Below are positions 41,218 to 55,718 of a DNA stretch of 64,000 bases, piece after piece; the first letter of the stretch is position 1; every line of letters begins with the position of its first letter. Where the stretch lies: contig OZ024744.1 in the NCBI GenBank assembly GCA_964016885.1, forward strand, positions 19,716,001 through 19,780,000, written 5' to 3'. The translations under genes were made by a program, and so were the position numbers. The notes beneath the pieces are model-generated. The model had not been told where the DNA came from, did no database searches, and was given only the letters and a program-made list of their open reading frames with translations. This DNA is from Eledone cirrhosa. Lineage: Eukaryota.

Positions 41218-43911
41218 TTAATTGTAAGTTGTGATGTTGCTGTTCCACTCATATTTTCTATTTAATTTTGGTTGTAATTCTTTTATGTTTATTGCCTCTG
41301 TAATTTGTCTAAACATTACATCTTTTCTGTGTGTAGATTCTATTTTTATTTCTATGTTCTCTAATTTACCCTTGTGTTCTATTTTAGCATGTTGGTAGAG
41401 TACAGATGATTCTTTACTATCTTGAAGGTCTCCCCAGTGTTCATTTATCCGTTCCCCTACACTACGAGCTGTCTCACCTATGTACACTATATTTTTGTCT
41501 CTACATTGTCCTTCAGTACATCTTATGCAATACACTACATTTCTAGTTTTACAGTTAATATGGGGGCTTATTTTACAGGTTATACAATTCTTATCTATAC
41601 ATGAGGGTCTTTGAAAAGGGTATGTCTTGCTAATAAGTGTTTTTACGGAGGTACCTGGTCTTTCTACTATCTTAATATTGAGTTTATGTTTATTTAGGGC
41701 CTTTCTAAATTTGTAAGCTAATTCACCTCTAGGGGTTGTATCGATGAACATTACACTCTGGTATTTATTGCTATCATACCATGAGTTTATTCTATTAGCC
41801 TTGTTCCTAGTTCTTTCTATTCTATTCCAAAATTTGCTCCTATACAAGGGGCAGGTCCCATTTATGTCATTATTTACCATTTTTTCCCATTTGGTTCTGG
41901 CTCCTCTATACACTCTGATTTTATCACTCTGATTGTAGCCAGAGAACTGCATACGGTGGATGAAGTGTTGTATGTGTCTCTCTAGTTCTTCGGGGTTGCA
42001 CATGCGGGACACGTTTCTCATCACCCGTACCAAATCCGCAATCAGTATGTTGATTTTGGTATGGTCCGAAACGGCCGAGTTTCGGTGGATCGGATGTTTG
42101 GAAGTCATGGGTTTGGCATAATGGGAATGGAGGATTTGTTTTTTGTTATTAATGGTATCTAACCAGAGCTCTGTGTGTAGTACAGGTAATCGATGGTTGG
42201 GGTGTTTACTTGGGTAGTCTATAGTAACTCTAGTGTTCTGGTGGATGGAGTTAGCTATTTGCTGGATGCTTTCCATTGTGTTTTTCTCTAGTTCCTGACT
42301 GTTCTCTAGTGGGGATGTCCTAACTACGATGTTTATATCATCAACGTAGCGGGAGTACATTATCAGGGTTAAGGGGTCTTCTAATTGTTCTTTAAGCTTA
42401 AGTTTAAGTCTACTGTCCCACCATACCATGAATAGGATAGCTATGTCGCCTGCAATGCTAACACCAATGGCTGCTCCTTCCTCTTGGGCATATGTTTTTC
42501 CATTAAATTTGAACATATGTTCCTTAAGGGTTAGTTTTATGCTGGCCCCTACCGCATGTGCAATCATTTTCTTCAGTTCATCGTGGTTTTCGGGTGTCCG
42601 TATGACTCTGGTCCACCCGTTCCATCTATCTGTGTGGGTTTTCTTGGCCATTGAGGTAATGGTAGGTGGTCTGCCTCTTGCTGGTCTTGTAGGGCACAGG
42701 TTGCTAAGGTCATATGTGTCTAGGTAATTATTACTATAGGTAAGTTTAAGTAGGAGTCGCAGCTCACTGGTATCAATCCCACGGAACTCAACATTGCTCT
42801 CACTATTCATTTCTACGCATTTCTCCACAGCAAAATCCACGTCAATAGATGGATACAGGGACACAACATCCATACTACCTATTATGCAGTTTGTTAGGTC
42901 CCTACATCGGTTACTCACGCCGATTCTGCTGAGGAGGTCCTCCATGCTGTCACATACATCTGGGGACATTTCGATGATGGGGCGTATGATCAGGGAGAGG
43001 AAGTAGGACAGTCTGTAGTTACTAGCAATGTTAGCTCCACAGACTAGCCGTGTTGGTGGTCCCGTGACAGTGTCACTGCCCGTTTTATGGTCTTTTCGAA
43101 GCCCATACAACGTCGGCACGTCATTGTTCCAGGCCTGGAAGTTGTTGGCAGTCCTTTTGTTGGGCTGCATTATATTCGTCCACATCACCATATGGGCATT
43201 GAGGGCTTTTTCTCTATCCTCATGCTCCTGTGGGGTTACCTCTCTTGTGTTAGTGATGTGGGGTTGCATTGCCTGGATGTAGTTTGGCAGGCTGTCAACC
43301 GACATTCTGCCAGACTTGTCTGTTGGAAAGCATGCTATCTCTCCATTACGCGAGCGCTGCATGAGCTTACGCAAGCCATTTGCAGATTTTTCTCCCAGTT
43401 TCTGGGCCTCCATTCTATTATGCTTCTTGCTATACTGTTCTATAATATTTCTAAGTTCGGATCTAGCTATACTAAATTGTACTTCTGTTTGTTCATCGAC
43501 CTGCGACGGCAATTGCGTGCGTTTGTTAAATGGTAAAGTCGTGGCGTGGACTCGTCGCAGGTCGAACGATTTATCGGAGGGATTATAAAAACTAGAGTTC
43601 CAGGCTGCTGCTTTATGTGTACTACTGCTATTGTTACTGTTAGTTGTGTTGTTTCTATTTCTATTTCCACCAACAGCCTCATGGTTGTTTCTATGTCTCT
43701 CATAATTACTCCTGTCTCTTTCCACTGGCTCATTGTTGTTATCTACCCTATTTTGTGTCTGTGTGTTCGTCTTGGTTATTTTCTTTGTCCTTAGTCTCCC
43801 TTCTCCTTTTATCCTATTACTTTCCCTTATTTCTGTGATTTCTGTGCTACTGTCATTACTTGTTTTCTGTGTCTGTGTGTTTGTTAAGATTGTGGAGGTG
43901 GTGAGAGGCAT
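41218..43911 (-). CDS. Penelope-like RT plus GIY-YIG endonuclease (897-aa open portion). The N-terminus continues in 43884-44780 across a frameshift; likely true start MTLPKYN at ~44914
   Basis: PTDKSG, GSMDVVSLYPSID, GAAIG, YSRYVDD, HYAKP, Cys linker, VVYCIRC..YIGETARS..R..EH. Confidence 0.9.
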   Translation of the reverse strand: MPLTTSTILTNTQTQKTSNDSSTEITEIRESNRIKGEGRLRTKKITKTNTQTQNRVDNNNEPVERDRSNYERHRNNHEAVGGNRNRNNTTNSNNSSSTHKAAAWNSSFYNPSDKSFDLRRVHATTLPFNKRTQLPSQVDEQTEVQFSIARSELRNIIEQYSKKHNRMEAQKLGEKSANGLRKLMQRSRNGEIACFPTDKSGRMSVDSLPNYIQAMQPHITNTREVTPQEHEDREKALNAHMVMWTNIMQPNKRTANNFQAWNNDVPTLYGLRKDHKTGSDTVTGPPTRLVCGANIASNYRLSYFLSLIIRPIIEMSPDVCDSMEDLLSRIGVSNRCRDLTNCIIGSMDVVSLYPSIDVDFAVEKCVEMNSESNVEFRGIDTSELRLLLKLTYSNNYLDTYDLSNLCPTRPARGRPPTITSMAKKTHTDRWNGWTRVIRTPENHDELKKMIAHAVGASIKLTLKEHMFKFNGKTYAQEEGAAIGVSIAGDIAILFMVWWDSRLKLKLKEQLEDPLTLIMYSRYVDDINIVVRTSPLENSQELEKNTMESIQQIANSIHQNTRVTIDYPSKHPNHRLPVLHTELWLDTINNKKQILHSHYAKPMTSKHPIHRNSAVSDHTKINILIADLVRVMRNVSRMCNPEELERHIQHFIHRMQFSGYNQSDKIRVYRGARTKWEKMVNNDINGTCPLYRSKFWNRIERTRNKANRINSWYDSNKYQSVMFIDTTPRGELAYKFRKALNKHKLNIKIVERPGTSVKTLISKTYPFQRPSCIDKNCITCKISPHINCKTRNVVYCIRCTEGQCRDKNIVYIGETARSVGERINEHWGDLQDSKESSVLYQHAKIEHKGKLENIEIKIESTHRKDVMFRQITEAINIKELQPKLNRKYEWNSNITTYN

Positions 43912-45048
43912 TGAATGTGTGTGTGTGTTGTTGTTGTTGATGTGTGCTGTTGTTGATGTGTGTTGTTGTTGTCTCCGTGTGTGTTATTATTGTTGTGTGT
44001 GTTGTTATTGTTGTTTGTGTCTGCGTGTCTGTTGTTGTTGTTTCTGGGTATGTTATTATTGTTGTTGTTGTTGGTGTGTGTGTTTTTGTTATTGTTGTTT
44101 GTGGCTGTGTGTCTGTTGTTGTTGGGATGTGTGTTGTATATGTGTGTGCGTATATTGTTGCTTTTGTTTTTGATTTTGTTTTTGAGGCTCCAGCGCAGTT
44201 TTGTAAATGATTTTTCTATTTCTGACAGACAACTAATCATATTTACCTTCTTGAATGTCGCATACTTAGGTGGAAGTTGTAATGTAGATAATTCATCGTC
44301 ATCTATTATTGTGTTGCCGTATATATTTGTGTTGTTGTTGTTGTTGAACTCATCTGTTAATGAGGTGTCGGCCATATTTATACCGTCAATTTTGTCGGGA
44401 TATCTATTGGTATTCTCTATAGTATCCTGATTTAGCTTTATCTGCTTAAGCCACTTTAGTTTCTTGTTAAAGAGCTTATCACATTCTTGAGTAATGTACT
44501 GTTCTTCAGGACGTATAAGGCTTATAAATATTAGTTTCTCTCTTGGTGTGGTGATCCTAGCTATTTCTTGCATTAGGTTACGCTTATGTTTTTCTTGATG
44601 ACTTAATTCTCTATAGATCTTTTTTAGGTTTAGAATTAGTGTTCGTTTTAGCCTATCTGCTTGTTTTTTGGTGAGTTGTAATCTTCTTACGTCGGTGTTG
44701 ATGCTGTTGGTGTAAACTCGGGACGAGGCACATTCTTTTATGAAGTGTAGTTGCGAGATGTTAAGGTCTTTCGTAGACAACAGAACATGCTGGTTTTCAG
44801 TATCTTGTTAGCCTGGATAAGGCTTACGATATTTCGTTTCTGAATTTGTTTAGCAAGATTCTTTATCTGAAATCGTGTGTTGAAACCGATATTGTTTTAC
44901 TTTGGGAGGGTCATGTTGCCAATAAGAAACACACGCACCAGTTGCTTTCACTTCAATTTATTATTATAATAAATTTATAATAAATTTATAAATTTATAAA
45001 TTTCTGGTTGGTTTATTGGTTCCACAACCAGATAGTTGTTTATATATT

Positions 45049-45091
45049 GTCATAGTTCTTTCGTCACACACTCTGTGACCTCTTCAGTGAC
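45049..45091 (-). ncRNA. Minimal hammerhead ribozyme, second PLE2 pseudo-LTR
   Basis: Identical to 40980-41022. Confidence 0.75.
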
Positions 45092-47226
45092 TGGGGATTC
45101 CTTTCTTTGTTGCTGTGCCTCTCCTTTGTTCTGTCCTACGCCATTTTGCTTCTGTTTGTGTGTTGTGTTCTCAGTCTGTGCATGCGCCACATCCGGGTGT
45201 CTGTGTGTGTTTATGTTCATTTATTTATTTGTTTATTTACATGTTACTGGTTGGTTGTTTGTTCTATGTGTGTGTGTGTTTTCATTTTGTCCTTAATTGT
45301 AAGTTGTGATGTTGCTGTTCCACTCATATTTTCTATTTAATTTTAGTTGTAATTCTTTTATGTTTATTGCCTCTGTAATTTGTCTAAACATTGCGTCTTT
45401 TCTGTGTGTAGATTCTATTTTTATTTCTATGTTCTCTAATTTACCCTTGTGTTCTATTTTAGCATGTTGGTAGAGTACAGATGATTATTTACTATCTTGA
45501 AGGTCTCGCCAGTGTTCATTTATCCGTTCCCCTACACTGCGAGCTGTCTCACCTATGTACACTATATTTTTGTCTCTACATTGTCCTTCAGTACATCTTA
45601 TGCTATACACTACATTTCTAGTTTTACAGTTAATATGGGGGCTTATTTTACAGGTTATACATTTCTTATCTATACATGAGGGTCTTTGAAAAGGGTATGT
45701 CTTGCTAATAAGTGTTTTTACGGAGGTACCTGGTCATTCTACTATCTTAATATTGAGTTTATGTTTATTTAGGACCTTTCTAAATTTGTAAGCTAATTCA
45801 CCTCTAGGGGTTGTATCGATGAACATTACACTCTGGTATTTATTGCTATCATACCATGAGTTTATTCTATTAGCCTTGTTCCTAGTTCTTTCTATTCTAT
45901 TCCAAAATTTGCTCCTATACAAGGGGCAGGTCCCATTTATGTCATTATTTACCATTTTTTCCCATTTGGTTCTGGCTCCTCTATACACTCTGATTATATC
46001 TCTCTGATTGTAGCCAGAGAACTGCATACGGTGGATGAAGTGTTGTATGTGTCTCTCTAGTTCTTCGGGGTTGCACATGCGGGACACGTTTCTCATCACC
46101 CGTACCAAATCCGCAATCAGTATGTTGATTTTGGTATGGTCCGAAACGGCCGAGTTTCGGTGGATCGGATGTTTGGAAGTCATGGGTTTGGCATAATGGG
46201 AATGGAGGATTTGTTTTTTGTTATTAATGGTATCTAACCAGAGCTCTGTGTGTAGTACAGGTAATCGATGGTTGGGGTGTTTACTTGGGTAGTCTATAGT
46301 AACTCTAATGCTCTGGTGGATGGAGTTAGCTATTTGCTGGATGCTTTCCATTGTGTTTTTCTCTAGTTCCTGACTGTTCTCTAGTGGGGGTGTCTTAACT
46401 ACGATGTTTATATCATCAACGTAGCGGGAGTACATTATCAGGGTTAAGGGGTCTTCTAATTGTTCTTTAAGCTTAAGTTTAAGTCTACTGACCCACCATA
46501 CCATGAATAAGTTAGCTAAGTCGCATGCAATGCTAACACCAATGGCTGCTCCATCCTCTGGGACTCCTACTTAAACTTGAATGACCAGGTACCTCCGTAA
46601 AAACACTTATTAGCAAGACATACCCTTTTCAAAGACCCTCATGTATAGATAAGAAATGTATAACCTGTAAAATAAGCCCCCATATTAACTGTAAAACTAG
46701 AAATATAGTGTATAGCATAAGATGTACTGAAGGACAATGTAGAGAAAAAAATATAGTGTACATAGGTGAGACAGCTCGTAGTGTAGGGGAACGGATAAAT
46801 GAACACTGGCGAGACCTTCAAGATAGTAAAGAATCATCTGTACTCTACCAACATGCTAAAATAGAACACAAGGGTAAATTAGAGAACATAGAAATAAAAA
46901 TAGAATCTACACACAGAAAAGACGCAATGTTTAGACAAATTACAGAGGCAATAAACATAAAAGAATTACAACTAAAATTAAATAGAAAATATGAGTGGAA
47001 CAGCAACATCACAACTTACAATTAAGGATAAAATGAAAACACACACACACATAGAACAAACAACCAACCAGTAACATGTAAATAAACAAATAAATAAATG
47101 AACATAAACACACACAGACACTCGGATGTGGCGCATGCACAGACTGAGCACACAACACACTCACAGAAACAAAATGGCATAGGACAGAACAAAGGAGAGG
47201 CACAGCAACAAAGAAAGGAATCCCCA

Positions 47227-47269
47227 GTCACTGAAGAAGTCACAGAGTGTGTGACGAAAGAACTATGAC
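47227..47269 (+). ncRNA. Minimal hammerhead ribozyme, inverted PLE2 pseudo-LTR
   Basis: GTCA CTGAAGA A GTCACA GAGTG TGTGAC GAAA GAAC TA TGAC. Confidence 0.75.
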
Positions 47270-47430
47270 AATATATAAACAACTATCTGGTTGTGGAACC
47301 AACCAACCAACCAGAAATTTATAAATTTATAAATTTATTATAAATTTATTATAATAATAAGTTGAAGTGAAAGCAACTGGTGCATGTGTTTCTTATTGGC
47401 AACATGACCCTCCCAAAGTATAACAATCTC

Positions 47431-47462
<32 letters not shown>

Positions 47463-47492
47463 GTTATGTAATAAACAACATAAGGCAATTAT

Positions 47493-47551
47493 TCCATTTA
47501 ACAGTGGTTTTTTAAAAGCAAAGAAATGTTGCTTTCAATCATCAGAATGAA
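47493..47551 (-). ncRNA. Degenerate hammerhead motif (GAAA reads AAAA)
   Basis: Minus strand: TTCATT CTGATGA TTGAAAGCAA CATTTCT TTGCTTTTAA AAAA CCACTGT TA AATGGA. Downstream flank resembles the 2505/39137 family. Confidence 0.5.
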
Positions 47552-48410
47552 CAAATCCTGGTGTATTTATTGATATTGGATTCTAAAAACAAATATGCAA
47601 TCTATATGAAAGTGGGGCTGGAGAAGGAAGAAGGATAGGGAAAATAAAATAAAAACACACATGCAAACGCACACACACACAATTATATACATACACACAC
47701 ATATATATATATATATACATACACACATACATACACACACATATACACATATATCTGTGTATATATATACACATATATACATATACACATACATACACAC
47801 ATAAATATCAACATATCCATACATACACATACATATATACAACCACACACATATATATACATATATTTATAGAAATAGAAATGTATATATATATGCATAC
47901 ACATACACATACATAGCCATACGCACATACATATATATACATACATACAATCATACACACAATCATACGTATATACACACGTACATACATACACATACAT
48001 ACACACATATATACATGTATACATATGCATGCATAAAAATAGAAAAATATACACACACCTCTACATATTCACACACGCAGATAAATACAAGAAAAAATAT
48101 ATATAATAATAAAAGACATAAAAAAAGAAAATAAAGACTATTATAAAGTTGACAGTGATACAGGCAACAAATAAATGAACAAACACACGTGGTAAGCAAT
48201 ACACACAAATGCACGTACACATACATACGTAAAAATAAATACATACACACACTCTCACACATAAATATACTTATACAAATAAATAAACACATACATACGC
48301 ATACACAAATACATACACACACACAAACACATATATACACATATACACATACATATACATACATATATATATATAGATATATATATACATATATATATAC
48401 ATATATATAC

Positions 48411-48940
<530 letters not shown>

Positions 48941-49241
48941 CAAAAGATCAATGAAAATAATCATCAAATCACTATATGTAATGATGCACATACATACACC
49001 CTTACACATTTATACATACACACATATAAACACACACACACACACACACACATAAATATATATACACATACACACACAAAAAAACAACCACAGAAATACA
49101 AACACACATACGATTATGTATATATACATATATATATATACATATATATATATGATGAATGTCACCCCACTGTTGATCAATATGCGCATATGTTTTATGT
49201 GTCTCTTGGGTTGAAAAGGAGGTCAAGTATGTTATAAATAG

Positions 49242-49290
49242 TTGCTCCGAAGAAACCAAACCTCGATTTGGAGGAAACAATTGTAAGCAA
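49242..49290 (+). ncRNA. Hammerhead motif with variant core CCGAAGA (GUA site)
   Basis: TTGCT CCGAAGA AA CCAAA CCTCGA TTTGG AG GAAA CAATTG TA AGCAA. Confidence 0.65.
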
Positions 49291-49328
49291 ATAAATGACT
49301 TAAACTGAACTTTGATTACTGTAATCTC

Positions 49329-49430
<102 letters not shown>

Positions 49431-49440
49431 CACACACACA

Positions 49441-51965
49441 TAGGAAAAAGTCTGACCCTACGGCAGAGCTTAAGCCTTTTCTGAGGCTATTATATAAAAA
49501 CACACAAAACCATTATATAAAAAATTAATATCTAAAAATAAAAAAATTGTTGGTATGTGGAGGGTGAGGCAAAAAAATAGGTGGGAAAAAGAGGGGGAAA
49601 ATGACATAGGAAAAGGTTTAAATATAAGGGGAACTAAGGGAGAAAGAGAATACAAGAGTACAGAACGTGCATTCAGCAGTTAAAAAAACCGTAGTATAAG
49701 TAAAGAGCAGAGAAGGAGTTCAAGGTGGTTGAGTTATCATAGGAATGTCAATCCAGTTACAGATCAGATGTGATTTCAGATGAGGACAACATCTCGGTCT
49801 TTGAGTTCAGGCAAGCAGAAGTGGCGTTCATGTTTAGCAAAATCCTATATTTTTCTGTGGTACACAAAGAACAATTCTTTGTGCCCCTTTGGTACTCCCT
49901 CGAATGGTCTAAAATAGACCAATCGATAGAGTGCGGGATGTTTTATCCTTGAATTCCCACACCTTACTTGCGAGGGCCGTTGTTGTTCGTTTATCGGAGT
50001 GCTTCAAAGAAGCGATATGTGCGTAAAACCAGGTTTTAAACCTGTCCTGGGTCATGCCGACATATCGCTCACTCCTGGCTGGCTGGTTGTTGATTAAAGG
50101 TGTTACTTTAGCCTCGTAAACAACAGATTTGGTGTTACATTTGCCCTGCAATGGGCATTCATCCGGCTTCCTGCAACTGCATCCTGGATTTGTTCTGGTA
50201 TGATTTGAATTAGTGATCTTCGACTTCATAGATGGGCAACAAGAGTAACTGATCTTAACTACATTCCTATTAAATATCTTATAATATCTATGATTAGGAG
50301 GAAAATGTTTATCTAAGAGTTCAAGGAATTTCCTTCCTACATTAGTTTTTATAGTTAGAGAGAAGGGGGGTGTAAACCACATAATTTTCCTTTTCCTGTT
50401 ATTGTGTTTAGTTTTAGGGGGGGTGGAGTAGGTAAATAATAAATTTGTTCTATAAAACCGCTGTTTTTAAGGGATTTATTATAATAAGGGGCGGCTTTAT
50501 TAAAAAATGTCTATAGACGAAGATAAGGTAGAAATCCTACGGCTAATGTTGGGAATAAGATTATTAAAAACTATTGGGGGATGGCAAGACTCTTTGTGTA
50601 TATACCTAAGATTTTCATTAGGTTTATGATAAGGTTTAAAAGAGGCGGTAAGTAGATCAAGATTAATATCAAGAAAGTTAGCATTGGTAAGGTTCGTATC
50701 TATAGTGATTTTAAGGTTAAGATTAGCAAAAGTATTGATTAAATCTTTACGGAATTTATCAAGGTTATGGCCGTTGGTGGTATGAGAAACTGCCAATCCG
50801 TCATCACGGTATAAACCGATATTATGGGAAGGAAATTTCTCGTTGAGGGTGTGGAGAAGGAATAATCCTACTAAGTCACACACATCCGCACTGTCATATG
50901 AACCCATTGCAACATCCAAAGAGTTTTCAGTGTTTGACTTTTTAACCAAAATATTTTCATTAGTAAAGAGTAAAGTTTTTCTAGCATGAAAGATAATGTA
51001 TTCTTCTAATTTAGAAATATTAATGAAGGGTCTTGCAAACTCTAAGGCATTAGTTAATAAGGAAACAGTAATAGAGGGGTAAAAATCAACAAAATCAAAT
51101 TGGGTAAATCTACACTTATTTTTACCTTGTATATTATTAAACCAATAAATAACAGAGGAAGTATTTAGCCACTGTGATAGGTCAGTCTTAGTTCTAATTT
51201 GGACAATTATTTTTCTTAAGATTTTTTTACTTGCAAGGCCAACTTCGGATTTAGCCGGGTTAATCAGCCTACAACTAGGTCGATTAGTAATGTCTAATTT
51301 ATGGTCTTTAATATATGCTTTACGCTTAGCTAGGCTTTCAATCCGGTTGTCTATTTTTAAAGAACTAGCTAGTTCTTTAGCTTCTTTATTAATAGTATTG
51401 TAGGTATTATTATTAGTTAATTGATATTTGTTGGTGATACTATTAGTTAAAAGTTTGTTACACAAAATACTATTAACTTCAAGAGATTTTTAGTTTTATC
51501 AGAAAGAACAAAGGTGTTTATAGAATTTTTAAAATTGGAAATATCGTTAGACAGTTTAGTTTGAAAGTTATTATTGTACTTACGAATTTTGATATCACTA
51601 ATTAAATTAACAAGGTCTAATTCGAAGTGGGCCATGTCTTTAATTCTAGGTGGATATTTACGGGATTTTATGTCAAAACAATCATTACTATCAGCACTGA
51701 ATAGTCCATCGTAAACCATTGCCTTCCATCTCATTCTTTTAACGACTTGTTCCATTTTATCTATAAGCATTTTGGTATAAGTTGTGTTGGAAGGAGTAGG
51801 TATAATTTTGATTGAATAATCCAATTCATAAACGTCCATGGTGTATGTTGGTTAAATTCCTGAAAACTGTAGAGTGCTCAACTAATCGGGCTGGAAAATG
51901 CCAATCGTATATGTAATATAAAATATGCTTCAATCAATCCCGGTTGGAGCTGTTTAAATGAAGTA
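49441..51965 (-). mobile_element. Penelope-like element 3, full coding span, frameshifted
   Basis: 51839 to ~49730: DYSIKIIP, RMRWKA, DFVDFYPSI, MGSYDSA, LYRDD, FLDI, WFTPPFS, CSCR..CPL..C, VVY..YVGMT. Confidence 0.92.
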
Positions 51966-52104
51966 ATTCCGGAACTAGTTGAGTGCTATAGGTCTGCTAT
52001 GGGCATTTATACCCTTTTCTAAATATATATTTATTTATTTATTATTTGTCGTATTCCAAAAATGTTTTTATATATACAATATATTTTATAATATTTATGT
52101 TCTT

Positions 52105-52218
<114 letters not shown>

Positions 52219-52519
52219 AGTTATATATGTATATGTGTGTGTGTGTGTGTGTACGTATGCATAAGTATGTGTATGTATATATGTGTGTGTAGGTATATAT
52301 GTGTATGTTAGTATATATGTATGTGTATATATGTGTATGTATATATATATATATATATATGTATATTTTAGAGTTAAATAAGGTTCATATGAATTATCTA
52401 AAATGAGTTTTACACACACATATATATATATATGTGTGTGTGTTTGTATTTGGTTGTGCGTGTTTGTGATATGTACGTATTTGTATGTGTATCATTGTAT
52501 GGCCATGTATGTATGTGTG

Positions 52520-52561
<42 letters not shown>

Positions 52562-52709
52562 AGGGTTAAAATACTGGAGTGTGTTAGAGTTAAACACCCT
52601 CTTCGTATTACAGAAATGACAGTGAAAGGAATAGCTCAATGTAGTTAAACAGAGCCGAATAATTAAGAGAGTAAAACAAAGAGGCCTTCAATACATCAAA
52701 AGTCTTTAT

Positions 52710-52751
52710 TAGCCGACAATGTTTCGTCCTATTAAGGACTCATCAGGGCTA
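52710..52751 (-). ncRNA. Canonical minimal type I hammerhead ribozyme (GUC site)
   Basis: Minus strand: TAGCC CTGATGA GTCC TTAATA GGAC GAAA CATTG TC GGCTA. Perfect core with G10.1-C11.1. Confidence 0.92.
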
Positions 52752-55314
52752 TTAAAACAACAAGAAGTAATATCGGCAGATACAAGCCGGAAGCTCCGAA
52801 GAATATGGAGTGTACATACACTGAAGTATTACAAACATATATAATAAAAATATATGATAAAAATTACTAAGGATGTATATAACACTAAGAACCATATTAC
52901 AAATATAGTCCAAAGCAAAAACTAGAGCTAAATAAAGGTGGTTATATAGAGCAGGAATTATATATAATACAATATAATATACTATAATATACCTTTACCA
53001 ACATTAAAATTACAATAAAAATCAAAAGATACAATATGCATATGTATATATGTGCGCACACGTACACACACATATACACATACAACAATACGCACATCCA
53101 TCCTCAACTGCACAAATTAAACCTTATTAAGAATTTGAATATAAAAATAAGCATGATAGGAATGAAAATAATAATAATAATAATACTAATACATCTACCC
53201 AATATACATGAGGTAATAATATGATATAATTATAAGTAGTACATAGGTAATAATATGATATAATTATAAGTAGCACATATAATAATAAATAATACAATTA
53301 TATACTATATAATACAATATAATAGAATAGATAATCTCCGGTTAATTTACACAAACAATATAGATGTCACAATAATAATATAATAATAATATTTACAATA
53401 TACAATATACCAACATTCTAAATGTACTCAAGTTAACAAGTCAATTCATACTGGCTTACAGAGTAGGTGAAGAAAAATAAAATGTACAATACCTCAAAAA
53501 AATGTTGATGATACAGAAGTACAAACATCTTACAAGATATATAAGGTTTAACATATCATAATGTTACATATAATTAACGGTAAGTAATAAGGATCAATAT
53601 TACAATAAAAAATACAATATAATATAATATATTATATAAAATAAAATTAATACAATATAATATATAATTACTTATATTTACAAGGTTGGTAGACAGACAT
53701 GTACATGGATGAGTGAGTAAGTGCCAGACAGTAAATATAATGCACAGTAGTATTACAAAGTATAGAATAAAAAAAATAGATAAATAGAATCAACCGGAAA
53801 TTAAAAAACAAAAACAAACGTATATATTTAGGTCTCACATGCAGTTAAGTAGTTAAGTAAAAGCTAAGGAAACAACCCCTGTAAATGACTCGAAAACCCT
53901 ATTTGATAAATTAATATTAAAAATATTTAAACTATCCAAGGCAGTATAATATTGGCTATAGTTTAAATCATTAAAGTTTATAAACGTTAATATTCCGTTC
54001 CAAATGTTTACAAAAAGGAATGAAATTGTTTTATTATCATATACATAACGATATCGAAAGAACTGACTTAAGCAGAATTAAGGTAGGCTAATAGGGACAG
54101 AAATGAAGAAATGTATGGAGGATGCAAAGGGGCATAAAATATAGTCGATATACTATATTACATAATAGAAAGGAGTGTAAAAGAAGGGGGCAATTACAAC
54201 ACCCTAGGTTGTGAACTCCCCTCAAGCCATAGGGAACAACCCAGGCGGAGCAGACACCATGATAGCCTCGAGATAGAATCGGACACAGCCATAATAATCT
54301 GGCCAACATCTATAACACAAACACTTTTAATTTACCAGATTTCTGACTTTAAAGTTCCAATCTTAAATCTTGATTTCTCTTTATTAATTTGTTATTTGTT
54401 TTCTGCCCTCTCCACTGTATCACCTTATATTTATTTTAAGTTGAGATAGATTATAACACAAACACATTGAATATCTCATCTTAACATCTTGTATCATACC
54501 AATCTATCCAACATATTCTGACCCTGAGATTGGTTATAGCACACACACACACACTTTATCCTACATTATTTCTCACTTCTCCATATACATTATCATTACT
54601 TTTTCACCAATCTCTCATTTACTCTTTATTCTTTATTCTCTATTTATTTATTTATTTTCAAATTACACAAATTATATTAATTATTTTATTTTATTATATT
54701 ATTTATTTATTTTCTGTTTTCTTCATTTATTGCCTTATATTTCTTCATATACATGAAATAACCCCCCCCCCCCCCCCCCCCACCACCACCACCACTACGA
54801 TGGTGGCGGGTGGGAGGAAGAGAAAACACAAACAAACTGGATACTTCTAAATTGTTAGCAGCAGCAAGATATAAGCTGACCACTACAACAACAACAGTAC
54901 CAAAATAATGGTGGAGGTCAAATGTACTGAACAATAGCAGGTAAAAACACTACAGGGAGCCTCACCCCAGAAAGAATTCTATAGACTTCTGACTGAGGAA
55001 TGCTCTCAGAACTGAACAATGGGAAGTTTGACACATTTTTTGATATTTTGTTCCTTCAACACCTTGTCCCTTCTACCATTTTATCAATTTTTAAGCTAAC
55101 TCCAACAATAACAACACTTAGAATGAAGAATGTTCTAATAACTGACCAATGAGAGGAGAAGGGGACCTGTGACATGAAAATTCGTTTGTTTGAATTCATA
55201 TGACTCCAGTTCCCCAGTGAATTAACAACCCAACAAGGAACTGGGCATATCAGAGTATTGACAATATCATACACCTAAACAACATATGTACTTGTCTATA
55301 CCATACTAATTCAA

Positions 55315-55369
55315 ACTGCCTGAAGAGGTCACAGCCAAAGATGGCTGTCACTGAAATATATATAGCAGT
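55315..55369 (+). ncRNA. Type I hammerhead ribozyme (AUA site)
   Basis: ACTGC CTGAAGA GGTC ACAGCCA AAGA TGGCTGT CACT GAAA TATATA TA GCAGT. Confidence 0.85.
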
Positions 55370-55409
55370 AATAAACGAAGCTAAATTTTAATCATTTGAC
55401 TTTTATTTA

Positions 55410-55485
<76 letters not shown>

Positions 55486-55486
55486 A

Positions 55487-55718
55487 TGTAGGAGGTGAGT
55501 TTTATTGTAGAACAATAAAACTATGAATATATCGGATAAGTAGCACTCAACAGTTTATTGGACTGGAGTATATATAAGAAGAAATTAAAAGATGGTTAAA
55601 AAAGTTCCATATATTTTATTATACGCATTTCAAAAACAATTATCGTCACAGGATGATATTTGTTTTTGAAATGCGTATAATAAAATATATAGAACTTTTT
55701 TAACCATCTTTTAATTTC
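55487..55718. mobile_element. HHR-element fragment folded back through helix II (138-bp palindrome at 55581-55718)
   Basis: Homologous to 63126-63501. Both arms keep GAAA TGCGTA TA but lack CTGATGA. Confidence 0.8.

Noticed and set aside
41218-43911. Selenocysteine-recoding (Naiad-type) PLE
   Set aside because: The endonuclease is C-terminal here and the long ORF has no in-frame TGA; stops in the other PLE copies look like random decay.
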